Assembly (NCBI GenBank): GCA_965216565.1
Contig: OZ244170.1
Coordinates: forward strand, 5,024,001-5,088,000
Direction: 5' to 3'
DNA length: 64,000 nt
DNA from: Bythopirellula sp.
GTDB taxonomy: Bacteria > Planctomycetota > Planctomycetia > Pirellulales > Lacipirellulaceae
Part shown: one piece after another, positions 39,520 to 50,012 of the stretch
How positions within the stretch are numbered: position 1 is the first letter of the stretch
Layout: each line of letters starts with the position of its first letter
Notes under the pieces: model-generated
The model's database searches: none
Told to the model about the DNA's origin: nothing
The model's input: the letters and a program-made list of their open reading frames with translations, nothing else
Translations under genes and position numbers: made by a program

Positions 39520-40227
39520 TCAACTATGCCGTAGACTTTGCCAACGTCGAGACCATATCACCAAGGAAGCTAAAAGAATTGTGGATGAGGGCTCTGGAAT
39601 CAGGTAGGCAGCTTCGATAAACACCAGGTCGCCATTTGGTCGTAGGGGGATATTTGAAAAATGCGGACCGGTGTTGTACCTCGAACGACCGTCCAAGAAC
39701 TTGTCAGCTGCGAAAATAGCACTTACTGTGTCCATGTCTCGTACCCTGCCGAAAATCGAAAACTCTTCGTCAAGAAAGGAATTCAATCTTCCGTTGATGA
39801 AGAAACTACTTTGGCCACTATCTGCGTCTACATTGCCCAACCCACCTATTAGAGCAAATGAGACGGTCCCAGGTTCATGAGTCAATCCAGTGGAGGAAGC
39901 AGTCTCGCCATTTACAGGAGGGTCCAAAGGGATTTCTAAGAATCCGTTTATTGTTGGCGGAGGTGATTGGGTTGTCGAATTGTAAAGTCCCATCTGCAAG
40001 ACATGATTCTCACCAGGATACGTGGTCGTATCCGCTCTATTGATTACCGTGTTATCATATCTTCCGCTGGTGACGTAATTGAGAAAGTTTGCGACGTTCT
40101 GCGGTGCCTTATCTGGAAAAAGCTCGATATCAATGACGCCTAGCGAGGTCTCGAGCCTTACCGTTTGAGCTAGGGTAGGTAGGGAGAATATCGCGAGGAT
40201 TGAATATGTACATACCAGTAGTCGCAT
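39520..40227 (-). CDS. Cyclophilin-type peptidylprolyl isomerase with PEP-CTERM
   Basis: LETSLGVIDIELFPDKAPQNVANFLNYV, SSFFIN, FLD, IFGRV; signal peptide; IPEP tail. Confidence 0.85.
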   Translation of the reverse strand: MRLLVCTYSILAIFSLPTLAQTVRLETSLGVIDIELFPDKAPQNVANFLNYVTSGRYDNTVINRADTTTYPGENHVLQMGLYNSTTQSPPPTINGFLEIPLDPPVNGETASSTGLTHEPGTVSFALIGGLGNVDADSGQSSFFINGRLNSFLDEEFSIFGRVRDMDTVSAIFAADKFLDGRSRYNTGPHFSNIPLRPNGDLVFIEAAYLIPEPSSTILLASLVIWSRRWQSLRHS

Positions 40228-40496
40228 AGTATTTGATCTCACAGAGTAATTGCAGAAGAATTCGAAAGCAATGCAATCAGGAATTGCAATGAGCGGCGAC
40301 TGCGAAAAGAAATTCCTTCTATCTCTTAGAAGGTCGCTCGGTCGAAACCAAGAGGCAGCCAGATTAGATTAGTTCACTAGACCTTGAATCGCATGGATGT
40401 ATTCCAAAGGCTCTCTTCTGAGTACATATCATAACCGACATTCGCTGCTCGGTCAAAAACGAATTGCCAAGTATCGGCAATTATCCCCACTTCCAC

Positions 40497-40532
40497 AAAA
40501 AAAGACCCTGTCGCTTTTCAGCAACAGGGTCT
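40497..40532 (-). terminator. Intrinsic terminator (minus strand)
   Basis: AGACCCTGTTGCT-GAAA-AGCGACAGGGTCT followed by a T run on the minus strand. Confidence 0.85.
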
Positions 40533-40678
40533 CGTGAACGGGGTAAGGACGACTTATTCGGGAGATTTCAGTCGTCCGGCAGCTGACTCATTCAACAGCC
40601 CCAGATCATATGTGATCCGTTGGCGTCTCCCCAACGGTTTAGCCTTTCCAAGCAAGACATCCAGCGTAAGACTGACGC

Positions 40679-41251
40679 TTAGACCAACTCTTTCTTCGAG
40701 CCGATTAGTGTGCGAAGTCGTTCGGCGAGCAAAGCTGCGTCGAAAGGCTTCTTAAACGTCTCGTTGATGCTCGAACGATCGAAGCTGGCGGTCGTTCCAT
40801 CGTCGGGTAGCAGTGCGATCAGAATGGTTTCAGCAAAGTCGCTGCTGCGACGCAGATTCTGGCAAATCTGTAGTGCTTCGACCTGACCAATCGAGAAATC
40901 GACGATGATGCAGTCGGGGTGAAAACTTTCAGCCTGGATACCGGCTTCGAAACCGCTGGCGGCCATCGAAGTGCGGAAAGACTTTTCTGGTGGCAACTCA
41001 CGTTTCAGGTTTTCAATGAGAACCTGATCTTGGGCCACGATCAAGACTTTGGCCATTGCCTCGTCTTCTAAATCGCCCAAGGGCATGCCATGCTCTTTGA
41101 GAAACTTAATTAGGTATTCGCGGGGGATTCTCCGGTCCTGGGAGCCGGGGATTCGATAGCCCTTCAGGCGACCTGAGTCAAACCATTTGCTGACTGTTCG
41201 CGGGGCTACTTTGCAGATCTTGGCGACCTGACCAGTTGTAAAGACCTTCAT
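40679..41251 (-). CDS. Excisionase/MerR-type HTH plus receiver-domain regulator
   Basis: FTTGQVAKICKVAPRTVSKWFDSG...DRRIP; receiver with PDCIIVD and KPFD. Confidence 0.9.
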   Translation of the reverse strand: MKVFTTGQVAKICKVAPRTVSKWFDSGRLKGYRIPGSQDRRIPREYLIKFLKEHGMPLGDLEDEAMAKVLIVAQDQVLIENLKRELPPEKSFRTSMAASGFEAGIQAESFHPDCIIVDFSIGQVEALQICQNLRRSSDFAETILIALLPDDGTTASFDRSSINETFKKPFDAALLAERLRTLIGSKKELV

Positions 41252-42030
41252 CACGGGTACTCCAATAATGTCTTGCGTTCACGCTGGTCGTGTATCGAGC
41301 TTGGCGATCAAACTCGAATTTGGCTTCCCGTTGCTTGATTGCTCTCGATCAATCTGACGACTTACTCCCTTTGCGTCAGTTTCGGGCTGATCGATTACAA
41401 ACAACCTGGGTCGGGAATACTCAATATCCCATGTTGGTTTGGTTCAGGTCCTTCTGATCCTCGCCGCCATGTAATCCCCATCGGCAATGCAAGCACTGGA
41501 AGATTGGCAAAATTCGTTAAAATGGCGATTGTGCGTTCTGGCCGCGACAATCGTCACTGTTTGCCAAACTCCCAGTTGCATCTACCAACGGGCGATGCAA
41601 CATAGGGGTTGCTTCGGAGAGAGCTTGTCAGCCCAAATGGGCACGGGGCGGGCGCAAAGTGCCTGCTGGCATTTTACGTGTCCCTATAAGGCAGGCTCCC
41701 CCCTGCAGTCGGCTCTCTTTCTGCGGTCACTCGATCCGTGTGGATCGTGCGATGCGAAAACAAAGCCTTCCGATACATAGTGTCGATTCAAACGAGGGTT
41801 CGACTTTAGAAACTTTCCCTAGTCGGAGCGAAGGAACGGGTAATTCTGGATATTCCTGATGTGCCGGGGGAGGTAGCACCAGTGGGGAAGGGGGTGGACA
41901 GAAAGCGGAAGGGGGAAGGCCGGCTTGCCGCGAGCGTTAGCGATCGGACTAAGAAAGCAATGCTAGCCGTGCCATTCAACACACTTTGCGTGCTCAATCC
42001 GAAGTATCGCCGCAGAAATGGGTGCTCATA

Positions 42031-43308
42031 TTATTGCAACGCAGCATTAGCCGCGACTCTACGAGTCGCCGGGAGTGCTAGGCACAACGCCACTATTAGA
42101 AGTGTGGATGAGTCAGGTTCAGGAATCTTGAACAGATAAGCCTGCCCAATGCTAACGCCATTGACGTCGTGGGAAGGAGCTCCGACAAGGATTCTATTGC
42201 CTTCAATAACGACGGATGTGCCAAATTGATCTATGGTCGTTAGCGTAGGATCATCAAGTGTAAGCACAAAAGTCCCAGTATCCGCATCAAACAAATGTGC
42301 TTTTCCGACGGAGGTTCCCATTGCACTACTGTGAGGCGAGCCGATCACCACATAACTATCTGTGAGATCTACGGCAGTCCCAAACTTATTCGAATGTTCT
42401 CTTACAAGCGCTGGTTCATCAAAGGTTTGTAAAAGAGTGCCTGTTGTCGCGTCAAACAAATGAGCTTGACCAGTGTATAGACCGTTAGTGCTATCTTCTG
42501 GCGCTCCGATCAAAACAAAATTGTTGTGAAGAGCAACTGAACTTCCGAACCGGTCACCAAAGAATGTGGGGGTGGGATCATCAAATGTGTGTAACAACTC
42601 TCCGGTAATCGCATCGAATAGGTGGGCCTGCCCCACACTGTTAAGGGGAATTATATCTTCGGGCGCACCAATAAGAACGAAATTTCCATCAATTGCGAGG
42701 GCCGATCCAAATCCGAATCCAGTAGAAGGCATTGGGTCATCGAATGTCTGCAATAGGTCGCCCGTCGCCGCATCAAAAAGATGTACTTGCCCAATGCTTC
42801 TTCCATTCACATCGTGGCTAGAGGCTCCGATTAATACGTTTTCCCCCTGGACAGCGACTGATTTGCCAAATCTATCGTACGCAGCCGGAGTTATATCTTT
42901 AAATGTGCGAAGCAACTCACCGGACGTGACTTCAAACAGGTGTGCCTGACCTGAGGCTTCTCCATCAGTATCATCCCCAAAATCTCCCACTAATACGTAT
43001 TTGTCGGTAACTGCAACTGCGTTTCCAAATTGATCTACCGCTGTAGGTGTTGGGTCGTTGAACTCATGCAGAACATTACCCGAATTGATGTCAAATAGAT
43101 GTGCCTGTCCTAATCCTTTTCCTGTCGAAGTATCAGACTGTGCTCCTATAAGAACTAAATTGCCATCTATCGCAAGAGAACTCCCAAACGCACCATGAGG
43201 CGTAGGTGTAGGGTCATCAAAAGTTTCTAGTAGATTAGCAGTAGAAAACTGAGGGTCTAAACATAAAAAGCTTGCCATAAAAATACTGAAACCGAAAAAG
43301 TTGTTCAT
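42031..43308 (-). CDS. FG-GAP beta-propeller protein with PEP-CTERM
   Basis: Seven repeats DDPTP..D.FG..VA......IGAP...GQAHLFD; IPEP tail; start set at ATG 43308. Confidence 0.88.
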   Translation of the reverse strand: MNNFFGFSIFMASFLCLDPQFSTANLLETFDDPTPTPHGAFGSSLAIDGNLVLIGAQSDTSTGKGLGQAHLFDINSGNVLHEFNDPTPTAVDQFGNAVAVTDKYVLVGDFGDDTDGEASGQAHLFEVTSGELLRTFKDITPAAYDRFGKSVAVQGENVLIGASSHDVNGRSIGQVHLFDAATGDLLQTFDDPMPSTGFGFGSALAIDGNFVLIGAPEDIIPLNSVGQAHLFDAITGELLHTFDDPTPTFFGDRFGSSVALHNNFVLIGAPEDSTNGLYTGQAHLFDATTGTLLQTFDEPALVREHSNKFGTAVDLTDSYVVIGSPHSSAMGTSVGKAHLFDADTGTFVLTLDDPTLTTIDQFGTSVVIEGNRILVGAPSHDVNGVSIGQAYLFKIPEPDSSTLLIVALCLALPATRRVAANAALQ

Positions 43309-43862
43309 CAAGCGTGTCCTGTCTCCATGGCTGAATGGCAGGGAGAAGTAGTTTTCAGGGAAAAGCACACGAATTCCGCATACCCAACTCCGAAGTGCGT
43401 TGGTGAAAGCCGAATATCGTGGTGCTCTCAATTAGCGTTGTTCATAAGTAGTGCTGGCCTCTGCGACGAATTATAACCTCTGGCATGGTTCAGGACAAAC
43501 ATTGTGAAAGCTACGAACTAGGGGGAAACGAGCCTGAAAGGGAGATCATGCCGGCCAGAGAAATCATCTTCCCAGTTGTGCCTCGCAATATGCGACAATG
43601 GCTAGCATCTATCGCTGCTCGTTCTGTGAATTCTTGAAAGTCTAGGTTCGAGTGTCGAGATTTGACAGCTTTCCATCTTTAAGAGGGCCCGGCCAAATGC
43701 AAAACGTGATAGAGTTTTGCACGAGGAGAAAAACGAATGCCTGCGAACGACTTGCGAAGTGGGGACAGAGATCTGTAAAAACAATTGAATCGTTGCAGCA
43801 GTTTGTGGGACTCTTACGGTCAGTGCAATAATTGGCCTGCGACTCGTAAAGTCGCTGCTAGA

Positions 43863-46800
43863 CTACGCCGCCTTCGACTGCCCGCCCGAATTGCGGATTT
43901 TGCCATCGGCCGAGACGTCATCGAACCGTACGGAGACTCGCTTTGAAACCCCAGACTCTTGCATGGTCACGCCGTAGAGGGTGTCTGCACAGGACATCGT
44001 TCGTTTAGAGTGCGAAATCACTATGAACTGCGTATTGTCCATGAACTCACGCAGAACGTCGCTAAAGCGTTCGATGTTGGCTTCGTCTAGGGCCGCGTCG
44101 ACTTCGTCGAGCACGCAGAAGGGGCTGGGACGACTGCGGAAAATGGCAAGTAGCAGTGCCACGCAGGTGAGGGTTCGTTCGCCACCGGACAGCAGCGAAA
44201 TGCTCCGCGGTTGCTTGCCTGGGGGACGGGCAACAATTTCGATACCGCACTCCAGGACGTCGGCATCCTCGGATTGATCGATGACAATATCCGCCTCGCC
44301 GCCGCCGAAGAGGCTGCGGTACATGTTTTGGAAGTGCCCGCGGATGACTTCCAGCGACTGGGAGAATAGTTCGCGGCTTTCGACGTTAATGCGAGATACG
44401 AGTTGCTGCAGTCGATCTTTGGCGGCCTGCAAATCTTCGTATTGCTGAGCCAAGCCGGAATGACGTTCTTCGACGGCTTCCAGTTCGTCGAGCGCTTCGA
44501 TATTTACTGGGCCCAACGACTGGAGTTGTTGCCTGAGTTGTCGGATTTCCTGCTCGACCTCTTCTCGCTCGGCAGATTCCTCAGCAGATTCCTGAGTGGC
44601 TAGGACGGCCAGGTCGATGTCGTAGTCTTCTTGAATGCGGCTGGCAAGCTCGCTGCGTTGGAACTGAAGCTGTTCGATGCTCAACTGAATGCGCTGCAAC
44701 ACATTCTGCAATTTGGCAAAATGATTGCGGGCGGTATCCGCCATCTCTGCGAGCGTCGATTTATCCTCGCGGAGTAGATCGTGCATCTCTTGCACAAGCC
44801 TAACCAGTCGGCCAGCTTGATCGCGGCTATGATAAAGCTCAGTTAGTTCGCTGGTAAAAGCCAGTACCGATTCTTCAAGCGATTGCCGCTGAGCGTGACA
44901 CTCAGCCACACGATCTTTGGTTTCGACGAGAGCCCGGTCATGCTCCTGATGATCTTGTTCTAGTTGCGACATTTGCCGCCGCAATCCATCCCGCCGTTGT
45001 TCGCTGCGGGCGAGTTCAACTCGACTATCAGTCAATTGGCTCTGTAGTTCAGCCAATTGATCTTCGAGAGCAGTGCTCGTCCTGGAACTTTGTTCAAGCG
45101 TTGTTTGCGTCTGCTGGAGTTGTTGTTGGACCTCTACAAGTTGTTGCTTGTCTGCAACTACAGACTGTTCGGCAGCAACAGCGGATGCAAGTGATTCCTT
45201 TAAAGTCTGTTCTGCCTGTTCACAATGACTATTGATTTGCTCTAAGCTTTGTTGCAGCGAAACGGTTTGTAGTCGCGCGTCATTGGCTTTGTTGTTTAGC
45301 GATTTATGTTGCGCGGCAAGCTCTTTGACCTTTTGCTCTTGACCTGCAATGCTACGCTGGAGCCTTTCGCAAGCGATTTTGTCTTGCTCTTCGCGTTGCT
45401 GCATATCGCGAATCTCATCGAGCAGTGCTCGCAACTCGCTTCGCCGCGAAAGTAGCCCAGTGGTCGACTGTTGGGGACCGACGGTCAAGGTTCCATCAGC
45501 GGCGACCAACTCTCCCACGACGGTGACGAAGTTCAGGCCACGACCCAAGGAGTGTGAAAGCCGGAGTGCCGTGGCAAGTGAATCAACTAGCCAATGACGA
45601 CCTAGCAAGCGACGGGGCAGGGCGGACAACTCCGCCGAGGTCTCGACGAATTGATCGGCACGACCAATGACTCCTGCCTCTCCGGCCAAGTTGATTTGAT
45701 CCACCGCGCTCGCCGGTTGTGGAACATCGAGCCTCAGGAAACTCGTCCGACCCGGAAGCTCGGACTCAATCAATTCCCTGAGTGCCGAGTCGATCTTCTC
45801 GATCAGCAGATGATTGGCACGTTCTCCCAATGCAATTTCAACGAGCGAAGCGGTGTCGGCATCTACACGCAGCAAATCTGCCACCACACCCCGCACGCAC
45901 CCGAATGGTCCCTGGGGATCCTCCTTCGCGCGACGGAGCACTTCTTTGGTGCCGCTGCTTAAGCCATCCAGTCGCCTCTCCAATTCTTCCAGAACAATAG
46001 CTCGTTCGTGGGCCCCTGTGAGCCGTCCACGGAGATCCGCAAGTTGGACCTGAGCACTGGCAATCTGCGAACGATTGCTGCGCAGCGTTTCTTGAGCAAC
46101 CTCTAGCTCGTGAGCAGAGGACTGAGCCGAGGCTTCCGTGGAGGTGAGCTGCGCTTTGGCGGCTGTGTATTGTTCGCGAAGGGTCGTTAGTTGCTCCTGA
46201 TGCTGCTCTAGTTGTTGCTTAGCCGTAGTGCTTTGGGCGACTGCGTCAGCGTGCCGGGTCTCCTGGGCTTGGATTTGGTGCTCGAGCCGCGCTGCCGTGC
46301 TCCCAGCTTCGGAATGCTGGCGTCGAGCTTCCTCACCAGCCGATCGGAAGTCTGCCAACTTCTGCTGATTCTGGTCGAGTGTGGACTGCTGACTCGCGAC
46401 TTGCGACTCTAGCTCATCGTAGTGCGATTCGGCACGGGTCAGCTCGGCGGTGGTCTCGGCGACTAATTGCTGGGCGTTTCCCGCTTTGGAAGTCATCGAC
46501 AGCAACTGATGCTGCATCCGTTCCGATTCTTGCTGGAGCTCGTCACTACGAGCCAACTGGCTTCGCCGGGTCGACTCGCACTGGGCAATCCGCTCGCGGA
46601 CGTTTGCCGCACGATCGTTAGAGCGGTGCATTTGATTTTGTAGGGCGTCGAGCGTTCCCTCCAGCAAGGATAGTCGTTGCTCAGCAGTGGAAAGCTCTGA
46701 TTGACGAGTCTCACTCTGTTGGATCACTTTGGCAGATTCGTTTTCCGCGGCCTGCAATTTGTGAGAAAGCGAACGCCAATCGGAAAGTCCTACTTGAGTC

Positions 46801-47474
46801 CGAAGCTCTTTGAGCCGATCGGAGCATTCTTTATATTTCTTGGCTTTGCCTGCCTGTGAGCGTACACTTCGCAAACGGGAATCTAGCTCGTCAACGATGT
46901 CGGAGAGACGCAATAAGTTTTGGTCAATGCGCTCTAGTCGACGAGTTGCCTCTTGTCGTTTTTGCTTGAAGCGACTGATGCCAGCGGCTTCTTCGAAAAT
47001 TAGGCGTCGTTCTCGTGGTGACGATTGCAGCAGGGCGTCGACTTTGCCTTGTTCGATGATGCTGTACGCACCGGTCGACATGCCGGTGCCGGCAAATACA
47101 TCCTTAAGATCGCGGAGTCGGCATTGTTGCCGATTGATGAGATACTCTGATTCGCCACTACGATAGACACGGCGCGTGACGTGAATCTCTGACGAATCGA
47201 AGTCAAAATTCCCCGCCGAATTGTCCAGGATTAGTGAGACTTCCGCGGAGTTGGTTTGCTTGCGGCCTTGAGCCCCGCTGAAAATGACATCGGTCATCTC
47301 CTTGCCACGGAGAGCCTTGACGCTTTGGGCCCCTAGAACCCACTTTATGGCGTCGACCACATTGGACTTGCCGGATCCGTTGGGCCCGACCACAACGGTG
47401 ATTCCCTCCGGAAACTCGAAGCGAGTGCGATCAGCAAAGCTTTTGAAGCCGTTGAGTTCTAGGGCTTTGAGCAT
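43863..47474 (-). CDS. smc: Chromosome segregation protein SMC
   Basis: GFKSFAD, GPNGSGKSN, hinge, LLSGGE, LDEVDAALD. Confidence 0.97.
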   Translation of the reverse strand: MLKALELNGFKSFADRTRFEFPEGITVVVGPNGSGKSNVVDAIKWVLGAQSVKALRGKEMTDVIFSGAQGRKQTNSAEVSLILDNSAGNFDFDSSEIHVTRRVYRSGESEYLINRQQCRLRDLKDVFAGTGMSTGAYSIIEQGKVDALLQSSPRERRLIFEEAAGISRFKQKRQEATRRLERIDQNLLRLSDIVDELDSRLRSVRSQAGKAKKYKECSDRLKELRTQVGLSDWRSLSHKLQAAENESAKVIQQSETRQSELSTAEQRLSLLEGTLDALQNQMHRSNDRAANVRERIAQCESTRRSQLARSDELQQESERMQHQLLSMTSKAGNAQQLVAETTAELTRAESHYDELESQVASQQSTLDQNQQKLADFRSAGEEARRQHSEAGSTAARLEHQIQAQETRHADAVAQSTTAKQQLEQHQEQLTTLREQYTAAKAQLTSTEASAQSSAHELEVAQETLRSNRSQIASAQVQLADLRGRLTGAHERAIVLEELERRLDGLSSGTKEVLRRAKEDPQGPFGCVRGVVADLLRVDADTASLVEIALGERANHLLIEKIDSALRELIESELPGRTSFLRLDVPQPASAVDQINLAGEAGVIGRADQFVETSAELSALPRRLLGRHWLVDSLATALRLSHSLGRGLNFVTVVGELVAADGTLTVGPQQSTTGLLSRRSELRALLDEIRDMQQREEQDKIACERLQRSIAGQEQKVKELAAQHKSLNNKANDARLQTVSLQQSLEQINSHCEQAEQTLKESLASAVAAEQSVVADKQQLVEVQQQLQQTQTTLEQSSRTSTALEDQLAELQSQLTDSRVELARSEQRRDGLRRQMSQLEQDHQEHDRALVETKDRVAECHAQRQSLEESVLAFTSELTELYHSRDQAGRLVRLVQEMHDLLREDKSTLAEMADTARNHFAKLQNVLQRIQLSIEQLQFQRSELASRIQEDYDIDLAVLATQESAEESAEREEVEQEIRQLRQQLQSLGPVNIEALDELEAVEERHSGLAQQYEDLQAAKDRLQQLVSRINVESRELFSQSLEVIRGHFQNMYRSLFGGGEADIVIDQSEDADVLECGIEIVARPPGKQPRSISLLSGGERTLTCVALLLAIFRSRPSPFCVLDEVDAALDEANIERFSDVLREFMDNTQFIVISHSKRTMSCADTLYGVTMQESGVSKRVSVRFDDVSADGKIRNSGGQSKAA

Positions 47475-47518
47475 GGCCAATCCGAAGTAAACCGTTCGGA
47501 CACTTTAGGGTAGGAACA

Positions 47519-49228
47519 CTAAGACTTCGATTCAAAGAGTTCAGAATCGGGAGTTCCTAGTTTGATTGATTTCTCTTCGGCCTCGTCCTTAGCCTCGCTG
47601 TCGTTCTTCGAAGAGTAGCCTGTCGACCTACCTCCAACTCGAGGGAGGGCATTCACGCGGAAGCGGCTTTGCAAACTACCCGCCGACTTCGCTTGCTGGA
47701 GGAATTGGACCACGTCAGGGTAAGTTCCCCCTAACTCCACGACGGCTCGAACCACGGAGTCGATGTCGTTCGGCACCACACGCTGCTGAGTGGTTTCGGA
47801 GAAGTGGCTGACTTTGATCTGCGTTCCGTCGAGCCCATTGATCAGAATCCTTGGACCCGCGTCTAGCACCAGTGGCAGTTCGAGCGGATGATCGTGGCCG
47901 AATAATACAATTTCGGGACGATGGCTGCTCGTAGCATGAACCATCGGTTCCCCAGGGACGTCGAGAATGTGATACGTAAACAGTCCGTTGAAATCTTCAC
48001 CTCGCAGGAAGGCATCGTTGGGGGCCATTGACCGCAGGGCGCGGAATGCTCCGTAGCGAGTCTCTGCACTCTTGACCGACAGAAGTGTTTTGAGCGAATC
48101 GTAGGCCGCTCCATCGTCCATAGCACTAAGTGCTGCCAGGCAATGAGCGCGAAAAGCGGGTTCCTCCCTAGCGGAACGAATCAAGGGATCGACGGCGGAA
48201 GTTTCATCTAAATAAGCGAGCGCCTCAGCGGCATAAAACCGCACTTCAGGATCGGAGTCCGCAATCCCTTTCTGCAGAATCTCAATGGCTTGATCCGAAC
48301 CGATTGCTTCCAGCCTAACGGCGGCCGCAGCGGCAGTGACCGGATCGAGCAATTGCTCGCGTAGTAGTTGCAACCGCGATTGACGGTGTGAGGCACTCTC
48401 TTTGACTGCCAAATTGCGTACCACACGCATAAATCGGCCCACGTTGTCTTTGTAGCGTGGATGGAGTCTGAGCTCGACAAAGTCTTCTGTCTTGGGTGTG
48501 GCAACACCTTGTTGTCCACCCTCGGAGAAGCTGTGGAAGCGCGTGTTGATCGCATTGCCAATTTGTTGACTCATCCTTACCGAGCGTTGTTCGTGATCGA
48601 TCACCAGTCCCAGATTGCGGCTCTTGGTCGCGATGCCGCCGCTGAGGATGCGTCCTCGAGTAGCTATCTCTGCTTCGTCTGGCCCGGCCGAGGGATCCAC
48701 TAGCACGGCACCATTGGCCACGGCCATCAGGTGCCCTTGCCTGACTTGGCTATCTAGCACAGCTGTTTCGCTGAGCCGAGTTTCGAGCAGGTTGCCTCCA
48801 CGGAGGCTTGTCGAATCGCTCCGCGAGGGAGTCCGGACTTCTATATCGAAGCGATCTCCAGCTTGTATGCCGGGTCTGAGGTATCCCTTCACAAGAACTA
48901 AGGCCGTATTAGGAGAAGCGAGTACCGCGTTCGGATTTTCAACTTCCCGGCGCTTCATTTCATCCATCAGCCGAGCCCGCTGAGAACTGGGAGCCGGGTC
49001 GTCCCCTGTTCCACTAAGACCGGTAGCAAGCGAAACCGATTCCAGCTTGATATAGTTCATGCCATAGGGATGGGCGATGTCGCCAACGAGCTTGGCCTCG
49101 CGCGGATTCTCGCTTCCGTGTGCGGGCTCGGGACTCTGCTGGCGCAGGATGGGACTCATGCAGCCTACTACCGCACTACAGAGTGCCGTCAGTGCTAAGA
49201 CATTCTTCGCCAACCTTTTACAATCCAT
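47519..49228 (-). CDS. FlgI (P-ring)-like lipoprotein fused to HEAT repeats
   Basis: GLSGTGD, NTALVLV, GDRFDIEV, SLRGGNLLET; VRFYAAEALA and TRYGAFRAL HEAT-like repeats; lipobox VVGC. Confidence 0.8.
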   Translation of the reverse strand: MDCKRLAKNVLALTALCSAVVGCMSPILRQQSPEPAHGSENPREAKLVGDIAHPYGMNYIKLESVSLATGLSGTGDDPAPSSQRARLMDEMKRREVENPNAVLASPNTALVLVKGYLRPGIQAGDRFDIEVRTPSRSDSTSLRGGNLLETRLSETAVLDSQVRQGHLMAVANGAVLVDPSAGPDEAEIATRGRILSGGIATKSRNLGLVIDHEQRSVRMSQQIGNAINTRFHSFSEGGQQGVATPKTEDFVELRLHPRYKDNVGRFMRVVRNLAVKESASHRQSRLQLLREQLLDPVTAAAAAVRLEAIGSDQAIEILQKGIADSDPEVRFYAAEALAYLDETSAVDPLIRSAREEPAFRAHCLAALSAMDDGAAYDSLKTLLSVKSAETRYGAFRALRSMAPNDAFLRGEDFNGLFTYHILDVPGEPMVHATSSHRPEIVLFGHDHPLELPLVLDAGPRILINGLDGTQIKVSHFSETTQQRVVPNDIDSVVRAVVELGGTYPDVVQFLQQAKSAGSLQSRFRVNALPRVGGRSTGYSSKNDSEAKDEAEEKSIKLGTPDSELFESKS

Positions 49229-49392
49229 CGCAAATGGCTCCCACAACAAACTTCAAATACAGACCTTCCCCGCAGGGAAAAGGAGTGGGAGCTTAGGAAT
49301 CTTGGCGAGAAGGGTCAAGGCGGCAATCGGTATCGCGATATCTGGAGCTACGGAGCGATAGCAGTGCTAGTTGCAATTGCTGGACTAGGCAA

Positions 49393-49632
49393 TCAGGGAG
49401 GATCGTGACCACCCGGATGCCAGGGATGACATTTACCGATGCGGCATATTCCTTGCCAGGTTCCCGCCAAAGCACCGTGTTTTCTGACAGCACCGATGAA
49501 ATACTCGCTGCAACTAGGTGTAAAGCGACAATTCTCTCCCAACCAGGGGCTAATCGCAAACTGATAGCCGCGGACAAATGAGATCAGCAGCCAGCTGAGA
49601 AGTCCCGTCAGCGATTGCCAAAAGAATCTCAT
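49393..49632 (-). CDS. yidD: Membrane protein insertion efficiency factor
   Basis: YQFAISP, CRFTPSCSEY, CHPWHPGGHDP. Confidence 0.95.
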   Translation of the reverse strand: MRFFWQSLTGLLSWLLISFVRGYQFAISPWLGENCRFTPSCSEYFIGAVRKHGALAGTWQGICRIGKCHPWHPGGHDPP

Positions 49633-50012
49633 CGAGCTTTGTCCGATTGCTGCGTCTGTTTCTCCGAAAGCCGCTTTTCCAATCGGTTCGCTAATACAAT
49701 CAGAGAAGACCTGAGTTTTGTAAAAACTGGCGACGCTCCTCGACGGGGGAGTACCACAAGATCGTAACCCGTGGGCAGTTCTTCATATCCCATTCGAAAT
49801 GCTTCACGTAGGGTGCGTTTCCAAGAGTTGCGCACCACGGCATTCCCACACTTGCGTGATACAATAAGACCTAGGCGGGTTTTGCCGTGTTCGTTGGGAG
49901 CTGCGTACACCACCACGAATCCATCCGAAGCCGATTGGCGTTGTTTCACCACGCGATCGAAGTCAGAAGACTTCAATAGCCTGGCCGATTTGGGAAATCT
50001 CATCGGCCTCAT
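49629..50012 (-). CDS. rnpA: Ribonuclease P protein component
   Basis: RLLKSSDF, RLGLIVSRKCGNAVVRNSWKRTLRE. Confidence 0.93.
   Translation of the reverse strand: MRPMRFPKSARLLKSSDFDRVVKQRQSASDGFVVVYAAPNEHGKTRLGLIVSRKCGNAVVRNSWKRTLREAFRMGYEELPTGYDLVVLPRRGASPVFTKLRSSLIVLANRLEKRLSEKQTQQSDKAR

Noticed and set aside
40679..41251. Prophage excisionase or integrated element
   Set aside because: HTH is fused to a receiver domain; no integrase or phage genes nearby
41339..42000. Small ORFs in the 41.3-42.0 kb intergenic region
   Set aside because: No motifs, SD sites or codon bias supporting translation
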